This document shows, in pieces, positions 49,757 to 60,521 of a stretch of DNA of 64,000 nt. Position 1 is the first letter of the stretch. Every line of letters begins with the position of its first letter. The position numbers and the translations under genes were made by a program. The notes beneath the pieces are model-generated. The model ran no database searches and had not been told where the DNA came from. It saw only the letters and a list, made by a program, of their open reading frames with translations. This DNA comes from an uncultured delta proteobacterium (GTDB lineage: Bacteria; Desulfobacterota; Desulfobacteria; Desulfobacterales; B30-G6). The stretch spans positions 768,001-832,000 of the forward strand of contig CAWGLD010000001.1 of NCBI GenBank assembly GCA_963823335.1, given 5' to 3'.

Positions 49757-51013
49757 ATGGACCAGAATACCCGAAACGACCTTTTAAAGCTTTTTAAAAG
49801 CAAGCTCAGTGAAGCCATGCGGCTTTACCTGGAAACATGCACCCGCTGTGGTGTCTGCACAGAAGCATGCCATGTTTACGCATCCACCGGACAGGTTAAG
49901 CACATCGCTGCCTACCGCGCTGAAATTATCCGCAGGCTATACAAAAAGTATTTCAAAGTCAGAGGAAAACTCTGGCCGTCTCTCAGCGAATCCAAGGAAT
50001 TGACCGATGTGGCGCTGGAGGAACTTTTTGAAGCGGCCTATTCCTGCACCGGCTGTCGGCGATGCATGGTCTATTGTCCCTTCGGTATCGACACTCAGAT
50101 GCTCATGTCCATTGCCAAGCTGCTGCTCATCGGTGCCAATACCGAGCCTGAAATCCTGACGCTATTGGCCGACACCTCCGTTGAAAAGGGCAAATCCATC
50201 GATCTTTTCAAGGAAGGGTTCCTCCAGGGCATTAAAAACCTGGAGAAAGACGTCGTCAAAAAATGGAAAGCGGAAGCCGGCGAAAGTGTTATTCCCGTCG
50301 ATGTCATGGGGGCCGACATCCTGTATGTCGCACTGGCAGGCGCCCATTCCATCATACCGGCCGCGGCCATTTTCAACGCTGCCGGAGAAAACTGGACTCT
50401 CAGTTTTTTCGAGGCTGTCAATTTCGGCGCCTTCGTGGGGGATCCCGGCAAAACCAAGCTCATACTGGATCGAATTATCAACGAGGCCCTGCGCCTCAAG
50501 GTCAAAGAAGTCTGCATCTGCGAATGCGGCACGGCCTTCCGGGTCATGAAACAGCTGTCTGGCAAACAGCCTTTCAAGGTATCTTCCATTACGGAAGTCC
50601 ATGCCCGCTATCTCAGGGAGGCTCGCATCAATATCGACCCGGCCAAATTCAATACTGCCATCACCTATCACGATCCCTGCCAGTTGGCACGCAATGCCGG
50701 TGTCATGGATGAACCCCGCTATATCCTGAGCCGGCTGACACAAGACTTCCGGGACATGTCTCCCGATCCGACATACAACTGGTGCTGCGGCGGCGGCGGC
50801 GGTCTGGTGGCACTGGGGGAGGAAACCATTGATTTTCGAATGAAATCGTCCCGCGTCAAAGCCGATCAGGTCAAAGAGACAGGGGCTGGAATTCTGGTTA
50901 CCGCCTGTGAAAACTGCCATTCCCAGTTGAGTGACCTGAACGACCACTACAAAATGAATGTGGAGGTGAAATTTCTATCCTCCATGATTGCGGACGCTTT
51001 GATACCAAAATAA
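49757..51013 (+). CDS. DsrK/HdrD-like Fe-S protein with CCG domain
   Basis: CTRCGVCTEAC, CTGCRRCMVYCPFGID, ECG, YHDPCQ, CCGGGGG, TACENC. Confidence 0.88.
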   Translation: MDQNTRNDLLKLFKSKLSEAMRLYLETCTRCGVCTEACHVYASTGQVKHIAAYRAEIIRRLYKKYFKVRGKLWPSLSESKELTDVALEELFEAAYSCTGCRRCMVYCPFGIDTQMLMSIAKLLLIGANTEPEILTLLADTSVEKGKSIDLFKEGFLQGIKNLEKDVVKKWKAEAGESVIPVDVMGADILYVALAGAHSIIPAAAIFNAAGENWTLSFFEAVNFGAFVGDPGKTKLILDRIINEALRLKVKEVCICECGTAFRVMKQLSGKQPFKVSSITEVHARYLREARINIDPAKFNTAITYHDPCQLARNAGVMDEPRYILSRLTQDFRDMSPDPTYNWCCGGGGGLVALGEETIDFRMKSSRVKADQVKETGAGILVTACENCHSQLSDLNDHYKMNVEVKFLSSMIADALIPK

Positions 51014-51102
51014 AATCGTTCCACGATTTTATAAATCGCGACAGTGTCGCTCCTACACTAGGACCGGGTGCCGAAATTAACTTACATAGAGGAGTTATTA
51101 AC

Positions 51103-52332
51103 ATGAGAAATTTAACCATCGTTATTGCTATATTTACCATTGTCGCCATGAGCGCCGGCGCAGCCTGGGCGACCAACGGCGACAACCTCATCGGTGTCGG
51201 CCCCATATCGAGATCCATGGGCGGTGTCGGTGTGGCCTCTCCCCAGGATTCCATCAGCGCCATATTCGCCAACCCGGCGGCCATGTGTTTCGGAGCCTAC
51301 TGTCCGGGGTCCGAGGCCACCTTTGCCGGAACCTTTTTTGATCCCAGCGTGGATGGGAAAGCCGATTACACAGCTTTTGGTCCGGGTTTCCCCGAAGGAG
51401 ATTCTGACAGCCAGATGGACCCGTTTGTGGTTCCGGCCATCGGCATCAGCACACCCCTGACCTCCCGTCTGCGATTTGGCATCGGTGCCTATGGCGTATC
51501 CGGTATGGGCGTCAACTACAAGGAAGAGGATATCCCGGTTGGGGATATGTACACCAAGCTGGAGGTCATGAAATTCGCTCCCAACCTGGCCTATCTGGTC
51601 ACGTCTGACTTCTCGGTGGGTGCGTCCCTGAGCGTCAGCTACCAGAATCTCGATCTGGGGTCCGGTGGCGCACACGGGTATGCCTACGGTGCACAGCTCG
51701 GGGCACTTTACCGTTTCAACATCTTCAATTTTGGTGTGTCCTACACCACCCCCCAGAAGGTGACCCATGAGAATGTTTTCGATTTTGACGGAAACGGCGA
51801 TTTTGACGATCTGGACCTCGAGGCACCCCAGACCCTGGCGTTCGGTGTGTCGGCCGAGCCCAACGATTCCCTGCTGGTGGAGTTCGACACCAAGTGGATC
51901 AACTGGTCGGATGCCGATGGGTACGAGGATTTCGACTGGGATGATCAGTGGGTATTTGCCGTAGGCGCGCAGTACAAGGTCACTCAGGACTTTTCTTTGA
52001 GAATCGGATACAACTACGGCAAGAACCCGGTCAATGAACACAACGGTTTCAGTCCTACGGGCAGCACCAATGTCCAGGGCACGGATGTCAGCAATGTGAA
52101 TTATGAAACCTTTCGCATAATCGGATTCCCGGCCATCATAGAACACCACCTGACGCTGGGTGCCGGATACAAATTTACCGACAAAATAGCCGTCAACATC
52201 TCCTATATGCACGGGTTTGAAGAAACCATTAAAGAAAAGTCTGATGGACTGCCCCCTGCTGGCGACGAAGTGAAGCTGGAGTCCACCATAAAAGAAGACT
52301 CGGTGAGTGTCGGCTTTACGGTTCAGTTTTAG
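51103..52332 (+). CDS. FadL/OmpP1/TodX-family outer membrane channel
   Basis: Signal peptide, SRSMGGVGVA...NPAAM hatch motif, W..WS, LRIGYNYG, C-terminal Phe. Confidence 0.88.
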   Translation: MRNLTIVIAIFTIVAMSAGAAWATNGDNLIGVGPISRSMGGVGVASPQDSISAIFANPAAMCFGAYCPGSEATFAGTFFDPSVDGKADYTAFGPGFPEGDSDSQMDPFVVPAIGISTPLTSRLRFGIGAYGVSGMGVNYKEEDIPVGDMYTKLEVMKFAPNLAYLVTSDFSVGASLSVSYQNLDLGSGGAHGYAYGAQLGALYRFNIFNFGVSYTTPQKVTHENVFDFDGNGDFDDLDLEAPQTLAFGVSAEPNDSLLVEFDTKWINWSDADGYEDFDWDDQWVFAVGAQYKVTQDFSLRIGYNYGKNPVNEHNGFSPTGSTNVQGTDVSNVNYETFRIIGFPAIIEHHLTLGAGYKFTDKIAVNISYMHGFEETIKEKSDGLPPAGDEVKLESTIKEDSVSVGFTVQF

Positions 52333-52360
52333 TCCATAAAATTATTGAGTTCATGATGTC

Positions 52361-52395
52361 ATAGGGAAAGGCAGATTGCCTTTCCCTATTTTTTT
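52361..52395 (+). terminator. Intrinsic terminator
   Basis: ATAGGGAAAGGCA-GAT-TGCCTTTCCCTAT plus a T run. Confidence 0.8.
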
Positions 52396-52666
52396 CTTGT
52401 TTCATTATTGATTTTCTGCAAGATTTCGTAGATGACCGCTTAACAACTCAACTTTCGGGATTCAGGAAACGCGAAATGAATCATCCCATTTCGCTCTATC
52501 TGTGGTGAAACCTTAAAGTTGAGTTAACAAGTTATAAACTGTTTTTTTATGGATATATTTCATTGGATGTGTTTGGCATTAACTATATCATAAAACCTAA
52601 AACCCAAAACTTAACACCAGATGATTTCGGTTTTTTTAGAAATCATCGATTTAATGAGGTGCACCC

Positions 52667-53809
52667 ATGTCCGTACAATCTTTCACCGCACAGGATTTGT
52701 TTGAATGGCTCGTTTCCAAAGAAACCTTTCTTCTGCTGGACGTCCGTAACGAGGAAGAGTTCGGCAGGTTTAAAGTGGAAGGGCCTTATCCCTTCGAGAT
52801 GGTCAATGTTCCCTACATGGAATTCATCGAGCATGAAGAAGAAAGTGTCGCAAAAGTGCCCAAGGGCAAAAAGCTGCGTATTGTCTGCGCCAAGGAAGGT
52901 TCTTCCAAATATGTGGGCGAGATCCTGGTCAATCATGGCCACACGGATGTGGCTCACCTGCTGGTGGGCATCAAAGCCTGGGGGAATCTACTGGCCCCCG
53001 TCCGTGTCGCCGCCGGGACCGGCTATGAACTGTATCAGTTCCGAAGGCCTGGAAAGGCATCCTGCAGCTATGGGTTGATTTGCGGAAAAGAAATGATGCT
53101 CTTTGATCCGGCAAAGAATATCACGGCCTATCAAGCCTTTGCAGACGAAAAAGGCTGTGCCATTACCAAGGCCTTTGAAACGCACAGACAGGCGGACTAC
53201 ATCTCCGGTGGCCCAATGCTTCAACAGACCCTGGGCGCGGAGATTCTCGTGCCTCCGGCCGATTTTCAAGGCGCAGCCATCGATTACACGCCGGTAAACG
53301 ACGGCGACCAGTTTCGTTTCACCAACGGCGGCCCGCTTGTCCAGGCCATCCACACACCTGGGCATACCCCCGGCAGCACCTCCTATCTCATCGACGACAA
53401 ATTTATTGTGTCCGGCGACACGATTTTCATTTTTAGCATGGGCAGGCCGGATCTGGGAGGCATGGCAAAAGCCTGGTCCAAGATGCTGTTTCAAACCATG
53501 ACCGAAAAGATCATGACCCTGGATGAGTCGATCCTGGTGCTGCCCGGTCACTACATGGATTGGAAAGAGGCCAACCAGGACCTTGTTTTTGCCGAGACGC
53601 TGGGGGCAATAAAAAAATTAAATGCCTCCATTTACGGCATCACCGATGAAAGCGAATTTTTCGATTTTATCCAGTCCAACATGCGGCCCCAGCCCGAAGA
53701 ATATGCCAAGATCCGTGACATCAACGCCGGCCTCGTTCAAGTCGATACCGAGGAAGCAGACACCATGGACCTGGGCAAAAACGAATGTGCCGCCAGCATG
53801 CATGCTTAA
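52667..53809 (+). CDS. Rhodanese and metallo-beta-lactamase fusion (YrkH/persulfide-dioxygenase-like)
   Basis: LLDVRNEEEF...VCAKEGSS rhodanese; ETHRQADYISG, HTPGHTPGS, SGDTIF, GRPDL, LPGH, G.NECA. Confidence 0.85.
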   Translation: MSVQSFTAQDLFEWLVSKETFLLLDVRNEEEFGRFKVEGPYPFEMVNVPYMEFIEHEEESVAKVPKGKKLRIVCAKEGSSKYVGEILVNHGHTDVAHLLVGIKAWGNLLAPVRVAAGTGYELYQFRRPGKASCSYGLICGKEMMLFDPAKNITAYQAFADEKGCAITKAFETHRQADYISGGPMLQQTLGAEILVPPADFQGAAIDYTPVNDGDQFRFTNGGPLVQAIHTPGHTPGSTSYLIDDKFIVSGDTIFIFSMGRPDLGGMAKAWSKMLFQTMTEKIMTLDESILVLPGHYMDWKEANQDLVFAETLGAIKKLNASIYGITDESEFFDFIQSNMRPQPEEYAKIRDINAGLVQVDTEEADTMDLGKNECAASMHA

Positions 53810-53933
53810 GCGCCAACTCCGATTACGCTTGACAAATCCATGCTTCCTTTATAACTCATAGCCTTCGGTTATCATTCGAAGGCATATCTGTGTTCACAGA
53901 TAAAAATTAAACCAATGAAAGGAGAAAGAAACA

Positions 53934-55208
53934 ATGGCTCAATTGATTCCCCCTCATGGTGGAAAAGGTCTGACCTGTTGCCTGCTTGAAGGCGCAGCGT
54001 TGGAGGCGGAAAAGACAAAAGCGGAAGGTCTCAAGAAAATCGAGATTTCTCCACGCGTAAAAGGTGATTTGATTATGATGGGTATCGGCGGTTTCAGCCC
54101 ACTCACCGGTTTTATGACCAAAGCCGACTGGAAAGGTGTCTGTGAAGATTATCTGCTGGCGGACGGCACTTTCTGGCCGATTCCCGTCACCATGGATGCC
54201 TCCAAAGAAGATGCGGATGCCATCAACATCGGCGATGAGATTGCCCTGTACGATCCCGAAGGGGACGAAATCATGGCAACCATGAAGGTCACCGAGAAAT
54301 TTGAGATGTCCGAGGCAGACAAGACCTTTGAATGTGAAAAATGCTATATGGGTGAAGGAACCCCTACGGCAGCGGATTTCTGGAAAATTGCCAAGGAAGA
54401 CCACCCCGGTGTCCAGATGGTCATGGACCAAAAAGCGGTCAATCTGGCAGGGCCGGTCAAGGTGTTGAGTGAAGCCGAATACCCCACCCGCTACAAGGGT
54501 GTCTACGTGCGTCCCGAAGAGTCCCGCAAGATGTTCGAAGAAAGAGGATGGAGTGACGTCGCTGCCCTGCAGCTGCGAAATCCCATGCATCGGTCCCATG
54601 AATATCTATGCAAGATCGCTGTTGAAGTCTGTGACGGTGTCTACATTCATTCCCTGGTGGGCAATCTGAAACCCGGCGACATTCCGGCGTCGGTCCGTGT
54701 CAAATGTATCGATGCCCTCGTGAAGAATTATTTTGTCGAAAAGAATGTCATTCAGGGTGGTTATCCTCTGGACATGCGCTATGCCGGTCCGAGAGAAGGC
54801 TTGCTCCATGCCACGTTCCGCCAGAACTACGGATGTTCCCGCATGATTATCGGACGCGATCATGCCGGCGTGGGCGATTTTTACGGCATGTTCGAAGCAC
54901 AGACCATTTTTGACAAGATTCCGACACCCGCGGAACCCGGAAAAGCACTTCTTTGTACACCGCTCAAAATCGACTGGACCTTCTATTGTTTCAAATGCGA
55001 CGGTATGGCTTCCCTGAGAACCTGCCCGCATGCCAAGGAAGATCGTGTACTGCTCTCTGGAACCATGCTGAGAAAAATGCTTTCCGAGGGCCAGGAACTG
55101 CCGGATCACTTCGGCCGTGACGAAGTTGTGGCAATCCTCAGAGAATACTACGAAGGATTGGACGAAAAGGTCGAGATCAAAACTCATAAGGCCGCAACCG
55201 GCAATTAA
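53934..55208 (+). CDS. sat: Sulfate adenylyltransferase
   Basis: [42 protein letters not shown]. Confidence 0.97.
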   Translation: MAQLIPPHGGKGLTCCLLEGAALEAEKTKAEGLKKIEISPRVKGDLIMMGIGGFSPLTGFMTKADWKGVCEDYLLADGTFWPIPVTMDASKEDADAINIGDEIALYDPEGDEIMATMKVTEKFEMSEADKTFECEKCYMGEGTPTAADFWKIAKEDHPGVQMVMDQKAVNLAGPVKVLSEAEYPTRYKGVYVRPEESRKMFEERGWSDVAALQLRNPMHRSHEYLCKIAVEVCDGVYIHSLVGNLKPGDIPASVRVKCIDALVKNYFVEKNVIQGGYPLDMRYAGPREGLLHATFRQNYGCSRMIIGRDHAGVGDFYGMFEAQTIFDKIPTPAEPGKALLCTPLKIDWTFYCFKCDGMASLRTCPHAKEDRVLLSGTMLRKMLSEGQELPDHFGRDEVVAILREYYEGLDEKVEIKTHKAATGN

Positions 55209-55263
55209 ATTCATAAATTAGCTCCGCGAATTTAATCGTCGCGGCTTCGCCGCTCTTCACCAC

Positions 55264-55301
55264 AAAAAGGGGGGAAACTAAAATAGTTTCCCCCCTTTTT
55301 T
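55264..55301. terminator. Bidirectional terminator between sat and qmoC
   Basis: AAAAAGGGGGGAAACTA-AAA-TAGTTTCCCCCCTTTTT. Confidence 0.8.
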
Positions 55302-55427
55302 AATTGTATCTATGTTTAATTTATATTGAAAACAATCACAGCAGCTAACTTGAAAATCTCTTTCCTGTTACTGTCATGTTTTTAGCGGCGCAGCCGCCAA
55401 GTCGAAAATACAACCGCGTTAGCGGTT

Positions 55428-56561
55428 TTATTTTCGACCTATGTACTCGTTATAAGCCATGGCCGTGGTTCGATACACCAGGTGGGCCAGTTTGGAGTAT
55501 GGAATGAAAAAGAAAAGACTCCAGATAAACATTAAGTGGACATAATATACCGTATAGGAAATTCCTGCCAGGCCCAACAGACGAGCCACCTGGGTTCCCA
55601 TACCCGTGACACCCAGCGCCAAAGCCCATCCCACCAGCCACCAGTCTTTGTAAGCCGACACCTGATCTTTCTTGGACAGTCGGCTGCGGATCATCAGAAG
55701 ACTGCCGATGATCAAGGCCACGCCACTTACATTGGCAAGCCACTTGACCGGGTTCAACTGAGAATAGGGCCCATATAGCTGCAGTCCGTATATGGCCACA
55801 AAGAAAATGTTGGTCACGATAAACAGACCGACAAATCCAAACAAGACCATCATGTGCGCTGTGGCGCGGTCCTTGTTTTCACTGCACTCGTTGAATTTGT
55901 CATGCTTTATAATGGCCGGGATCACTCGGATCAATCCCATAATCATGCCTTTGGGATCAATTTTTTCGATATCGGTTTTGCCTTCCTGTAACGCATTCTG
56001 GTGCATATCATTCAGAAAACGCTTCAAACCCAGCGCAAAATTGATAACCGCCCAGGCGGCCGCTGGCAGCATCACCATGTCCACCAGCCAGGTGGAGAAA
56101 AAGTGATCATGAACAATCCTGTCTCCACCCGGATTAAAATTGAGAAAACCGGTGGCAAGTCCCAGCACCAGAAACAGGAGGGCTGGAATGCCTAGAACAA
56201 TCGGCAGTTTTTTGGGATCATTGATGAGCTTGCCTATGGCCTTTACCGGTCCGTACTCGGTAACCGCATAGGCCCGAATCGCCCCCAGCACATCCCCTGG
56301 TTTCGCTCCACGGGGACAAAGGGTGGTGCAATCCCCGCAGTTGTGGCAAAGCCATATATCGCCATTGCCCACCAGTTTTTCTTTAAGCCCCCAGGATGCT
56401 GCAATCATCTCTTTTCTGGGAAACGGTTTGTTGTCTGGTGATATCGGGCAAGCAACCGAGCAGGTTGCACATTGAAAACATTTTTTCAGATCTCCGCCGC
56501 CAAGCCCTTTAACCTCATTTATAAAGCTTATATCAGGCTCAATAACATATGCATCCGCCAT
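55428..56561 (-). CDS. qmoC: QmoC membrane subunit
   Basis: CFQCATCSVAC, PFPRKEM, CHNCGDCTTLC, TM domain ending YSKLAHLVYR. Confidence 0.95.
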   Translation of the reverse strand: MADAYVIEPDISFINEVKGLGGGDLKKCFQCATCSVACPISPDNKPFPRKEMIAASWGLKEKLVGNGDIWLCHNCGDCTTLCPRGAKPGDVLGAIRAYAVTEYGPVKAIGKLINDPKKLPIVLGIPALLFLVLGLATGFLNFNPGGDRIVHDHFFSTWLVDMVMLPAAAWAVINFALGLKRFLNDMHQNALQEGKTDIEKIDPKGMIMGLIRVIPAIIKHDKFNECSENKDRATAHMMVLFGFVGLFIVTNIFFVAIYGLQLYGPYSQLNPVKWLANVSGVALIIGSLLMIRSRLSKKDQVSAYKDWWLVGWALALGVTGMGTQVARLLGLAGISYTVYYVHLMFIWSLFFFIPYSKLAHLVYRTTAMAYNEYIGRK

Positions 56562-56625
56562 ATGAGTTCCTCCTCTTTGGATGACGTGTTCACGTTCCCT
56601 ATTCATCGAACGCAAAGAATCCAGG

Positions 56626-58962
56626 TTAAAAGCCCTTGAACGGGTTCGGGCCAAGATCTTGGATCAACTCTGCAAAATCATTCACGATCTGTGGTAACTT
56701 GTCGTATTCATCGATGGCTATCTGGAACTGCGCGACACGTTCATTCTCCAGAGCCAGACTCGACAGAGCTTCACCGATCTTCTTCATGCGGACTTCCGCC
56801 AGTTCGCTTCCCTTGACAAAATGGCACTGATAATCATCACCATGTTTGCACCCGAGCAGGAAAACACCGTCCATACCCTGTGACAGGGCATCTTTGATCC
56901 AGATAACATTTACAGACCCCAAACAGCGAACCGGGATAAATCGAACTTCTGCGGAATAGGGCATCCTGTTGAGCCCGACGATATCCAGGGCCGGGTAGGC
57001 ATCGTTTTCACAGACAAGCCCCAATATACGCATGGGGGGTTCGTCGTAATCATCTTCGGATGGCACCTGAATGGATTTGACCATGGAGCCGACACTGTCG
57101 ATGTTGTAATCGGCAAAACCGATGATCCGCTCCGGACAGGCTCCCATGCAGGTACCACAGCGCCGGCAACGGGTCGGGTTCGGTTTGGGGGTTCCCTTTT
57201 CATCATCATCCAGGGCGCCAAAAGGACACTCCTCGGTACAGCGCTTGCACTGGGTGCAACGCTGAAAGAAAAAATCCGGAAAGGTCATGTCCCCCGATCT
57301 CGGATGAACGGAAACACCCCTGTTGGCCGAATCAATGCACTGAATCGCCTTTAAGGCCGCTCCCGAAGCATCTTCAATTGACTCTTCCACGGTGAGCGCA
57401 CGCCGTATGCCACCGGCCGCATAAATACCCGTCCGCTGGGTCTCATACGGGAAACAAATAAAGTTGGAATCCGCATAGGCCTGGAATAAGGCATTGTCCC
57501 TGAACCCCGGTCCCTGGCGATATGCTAGATTGACCACCGGGTCGTCTTTGGTTACCGGTACCATACCGGTGCCGAGTACGACCATGTCTGCCTTGACCTG
57601 TACTTTTTTCCCCAGGAGGGTATTTTCGGCCTCGACAATCAGGCCGTCGCCGTTTTTAGAAACCTTCGTCACCTCTCCCTTTGTCATGAAAATACCCGGA
57701 TCCTGCTGCAGGCTCTTGTAGAAATTCTCGCTCAGACCAGGCGTGCGCATGTGCTGATAAAAAAGAAACGCTTTTCCTTCGGGAAAATCTTCCCGGACGT
57801 ATTTGGCTTGCTTGAGCGCCACCAGGCTTGTGACCGATCCTGCATATTCGAAATCGCTGTCATCGTCGCCGGCCCCCGGACTCTGGACAAAAACCACCGA
57901 CGAGGCTTCCTTGCCATCCGAAGGTCTGACGATTTTACCCTTTTTGGCAATCTCTTCAAACTCGGTGTTGGTCACGACATCCGGCAGTTCTCCATACCCC
58001 AGGTGGGAAAACTCACCCGCCTTGGGTTTATAGGGCCGCCAGCCAGCTGCCAGGATTACGGCACCAAAAGCTTCCCCGTTTGGATCGAACTTGAGGATAT
58101 CGTTCTTGCCCACATTGTACTCCATGAATTTTTCATGCAGCTGCTCAGCATTCAGCTCCTTACCGCTGTCATCCACTTTCATCTCGTCCGGAAGCGGATA
58201 GGGAACATCGAATTCCATTTTTTCACCCGGCTTTTTCAAGGTGACGATAAAATTTCCCGGCTCTCCGGCAATTCGGGCAGCCACTGTCTCCGTCTTAACG
58301 GTGATGTTCGACATGGACGCCACTTCCTGTATCATCTGCGCCACAACCGGCGGGATCAACTGTTCGTATGGGCTTTTCAGCGGCAGTTGTTTACGCCAGT
58401 TATTGGCGTTGCCCCCCAATATTCCTTGTTTTTCGACAATGGTGACCTCGTATCCGGTCTTGGCCGCATCGAGAGCCGCCGACATGCCGGTGACACCCCC
58501 CCCGATCACCAGGATTTTACGACTGAAATTGTCCAGCTTGTAGGGCTCCGGCAGGTTGATTTTTTCAACTTTCGCCATCCCCATGCGGATGTAGTCCTGG
58601 GCCAGCATCTCCAGACGGTCGAAGTGCTCTTCGTCTCCTTTTTGATCTTCGGTCAATGCCGGGAATTCGGAACGGGGATGAGACCAGACCACCTGTTCCC
58701 GTAAATTCACACGGTCCACAATACAGCCGTCAAATCGGAACACGTCAAAATTAACCCGCCGCGAACATGCTGCGATAACGAGCGTATTGGTACCTTCCTC
58801 GATATCCTTCTTGAGAAGGGCAACACCGTCTTTGCCGCAAAGGATGGGGTGCGTTTTTACCGGAACGCCCTCTTCCTCTGGGATTTCACACAGTGCTTTC
58901 ATGTCCAGGGCATCACCGATGCCACAGCCTTCACATATATACACACCATACTTTTTATCCAT
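56626..58962 (-). CDS. qmoB: QmoB (HdrA-like with MvhD domain)
   Basis: IGGGVTGM, two ferredoxin motifs, CENDAYPA...RCLGS...GCKHGDDYQCHF. Confidence 0.95.
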   Translation of the reverse strand: MDKKYGVYICEGCGIGDALDMKALCEIPEEEGVPVKTHPILCGKDGVALLKKDIEEGTNTLVIAACSRRVNFDVFRFDGCIVDRVNLREQVVWSHPRSEFPALTEDQKGDEEHFDRLEMLAQDYIRMGMAKVEKINLPEPYKLDNFSRKILVIGGGVTGMSAALDAAKTGYEVTIVEKQGILGGNANNWRKQLPLKSPYEQLIPPVVAQMIQEVASMSNITVKTETVAARIAGEPGNFIVTLKKPGEKMEFDVPYPLPDEMKVDDSGKELNAEQLHEKFMEYNVGKNDILKFDPNGEAFGAVILAAGWRPYKPKAGEFSHLGYGELPDVVTNTEFEEIAKKGKIVRPSDGKEASSVVFVQSPGAGDDDSDFEYAGSVTSLVALKQAKYVREDFPEGKAFLFYQHMRTPGLSENFYKSLQQDPGIFMTKGEVTKVSKNGDGLIVEAENTLLGKKVQVKADMVVLGTGMVPVTKDDPVVNLAYRQGPGFRDNALFQAYADSNFICFPYETQRTGIYAAGGIRRALTVEESIEDASGAALKAIQCIDSANRGVSVHPRSGDMTFPDFFFQRCTQCKRCTEECPFGALDDDEKGTPKPNPTRCRRCGTCMGACPERIIGFADYNIDSVGSMVKSIQVPSEDDYDEPPMRILGLVCENDAYPALDIVGLNRMPYSAEVRFIPVRCLGSVNVIWIKDALSQGMDGVFLLGCKHGDDYQCHFVKGSELAEVRMKKIGEALSSLALENERVAQFQIAIDEYDKLPQIVNDFAELIQDLGPNPFKGF

Positions 58963-58972
58963 GGATACCCTC

Positions 58973-60250
58973 CTACCTGTTCACCAGCGTTTGAATCGCT
59001 TTCAAAGCCATTCCGGTTGCATTCTGATTCGATGAAACAACGTCCGCCGGTTTGTTGGCACAACCGGCTGCAAACATGCCGCCTTTTTCGAAGTCGTTGA
59101 TGATAAATCCGTCTTCGGTATATGTTAACTCGGCAGGAAGCTTTGCATTGGCCGCAGTCGGTTGCATTCCGGTGGCCAGGACCGCCATCTCAACCGTTTG
59201 GTGAATCTTCTCGCCGGTTACCGCATTCTCTGCAACCACGGTGATGTTTTTGGTTTTTGGATCTTCACTGACCTCGGCAACTTTGCCTTTGACAAAAAAG
59301 ACATTTTCATCTTCTTTTATACGCTTGTAAAATTTTTCATACCGGTAGCCCGGGGCCCTGAGATCGATATAGAAAATGTATATCTTGGCGTCTGGATATC
59401 TTTCCCGGATATAGGTGGCATGTTTTAGAGAAGCCATGCAGCATATATAAGAACAATAAGGGAGATGATTTTCATCCCGCGACCCTGCGCACTGGACAAA
59501 GGCGATGCTCTCGATATCTTTTTTGTCGGACGGGCGTTGAATGGTTCCCTTTGTGGGTCCGTTGGGGGAGGCCAGTCGCTCGAGCATCATATTGGTAATC
59601 ACATTCTCATATTGGCCAAAGCCTAGATTGTCGATTTTGGATGCATCGTAGGGCTCCCATCCAGTGGCCCAGACCAGTGCACCAACCTTCAGGTTCACTG
59701 TGTTGGCTTCCATCTCTAGATCGATGGCATCGTACTTACAGGCTTCTTTACACCGCACGGCATCATCGGTGCCGATGATTCGGGGTGACAGGACATACCG
59801 GGCAGGAAACGCCATTTCAAAGGGCTGATAGGCCGCTTTGATCTGCTTCATACCCAAATCAAAATCACTGTCAATTTCTGTTTCACAGACCGCTGCGCAG
59901 TCACCACAACAGGTGCAGTTTTCATTCACATAGCGGGGTGCCAACTTGATCGAAACATCGTAGTTTCCAGGGGTTCCGGTCACTTTTTCTACTTCGGCAA
60001 GTGTAAAAACCTTGATTTTGGGGTTGTCCTTGATCCGCCGAAAATTGATTTCCAGACCACAGGAAGGTGGGCACAGCTTGGGAAAATATTGATTGAGCTG
60101 CGATACTCTTCCGCCTAAGTATGGATTTTTTTCGACCAGGAACACTTCGTACCCCACTTCGGCGGCCTCTATGGCTGTGGTCAGCCCACTGATACCGCCA
60201 CCCACGACCATGATACTTTCACTAGCAGGGGCTCCTCTGTCTTCTGTCAT
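58973..60250 (-). CDS. qmoA: QmoA (HdrA-like)
   Basis: VGGGISG, YFPKLCPPSCG, QCAGSRD..HLPYCSYICC. Confidence 0.95.
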   Translation of the reverse strand: MTEDRGAPASESIMVVGGGISGLTTAIEAAEVGYEVFLVEKNPYLGGRVSQLNQYFPKLCPPSCGLEINFRRIKDNPKIKVFTLAEVEKVTGTPGNYDVSIKLAPRYVNENCTCCGDCAAVCETEIDSDFDLGMKQIKAAYQPFEMAFPARYVLSPRIIGTDDAVRCKEACKYDAIDLEMEANTVNLKVGALVWATGWEPYDASKIDNLGFGQYENVITNMMLERLASPNGPTKGTIQRPSDKKDIESIAFVQCAGSRDENHLPYCSYICCMASLKHATYIRERYPDAKIYIFYIDLRAPGYRYEKFYKRIKEDENVFFVKGKVAEVSEDPKTKNITVVAENAVTGEKIHQTVEMAVLATGMQPTAANAKLPAELTYTEDGFIINDFEKGGMFAAGCANKPADVVSSNQNATGMALKAIQTLVNR

Positions 60251-60521
60251 GCTATCCCTCCGTACAATAGTGGTTTCTGATTGACTTAAACATGTCTTTA
60301 CGGCTTCAGATGATATCCTATTTGAAAAGAATAAATAACGCCTGGAATAAATTCGTTATTAAAAAAGCGAGGATATCGCTCCTGTCGATGACTCCAGCCG
60401 TTAGTTGCTGTCTTCAAAACGTTGGATATCACCTGAGACCAAGGGACCTTAATAAAAACCTCCAGGCATCTCGCGACACCTGGAGGTTTGCATTTTAAAC
60501 TAACTCACAATTGGCATGTAA

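Noticed and set aside
49042-51013. Canonical dsrMK of the DsrMKJOP complex
   Set aside because: No dsrJOP follows, and both proteins are shorter than typical DsrM/DsrK, so they are called DsrMK-like only.
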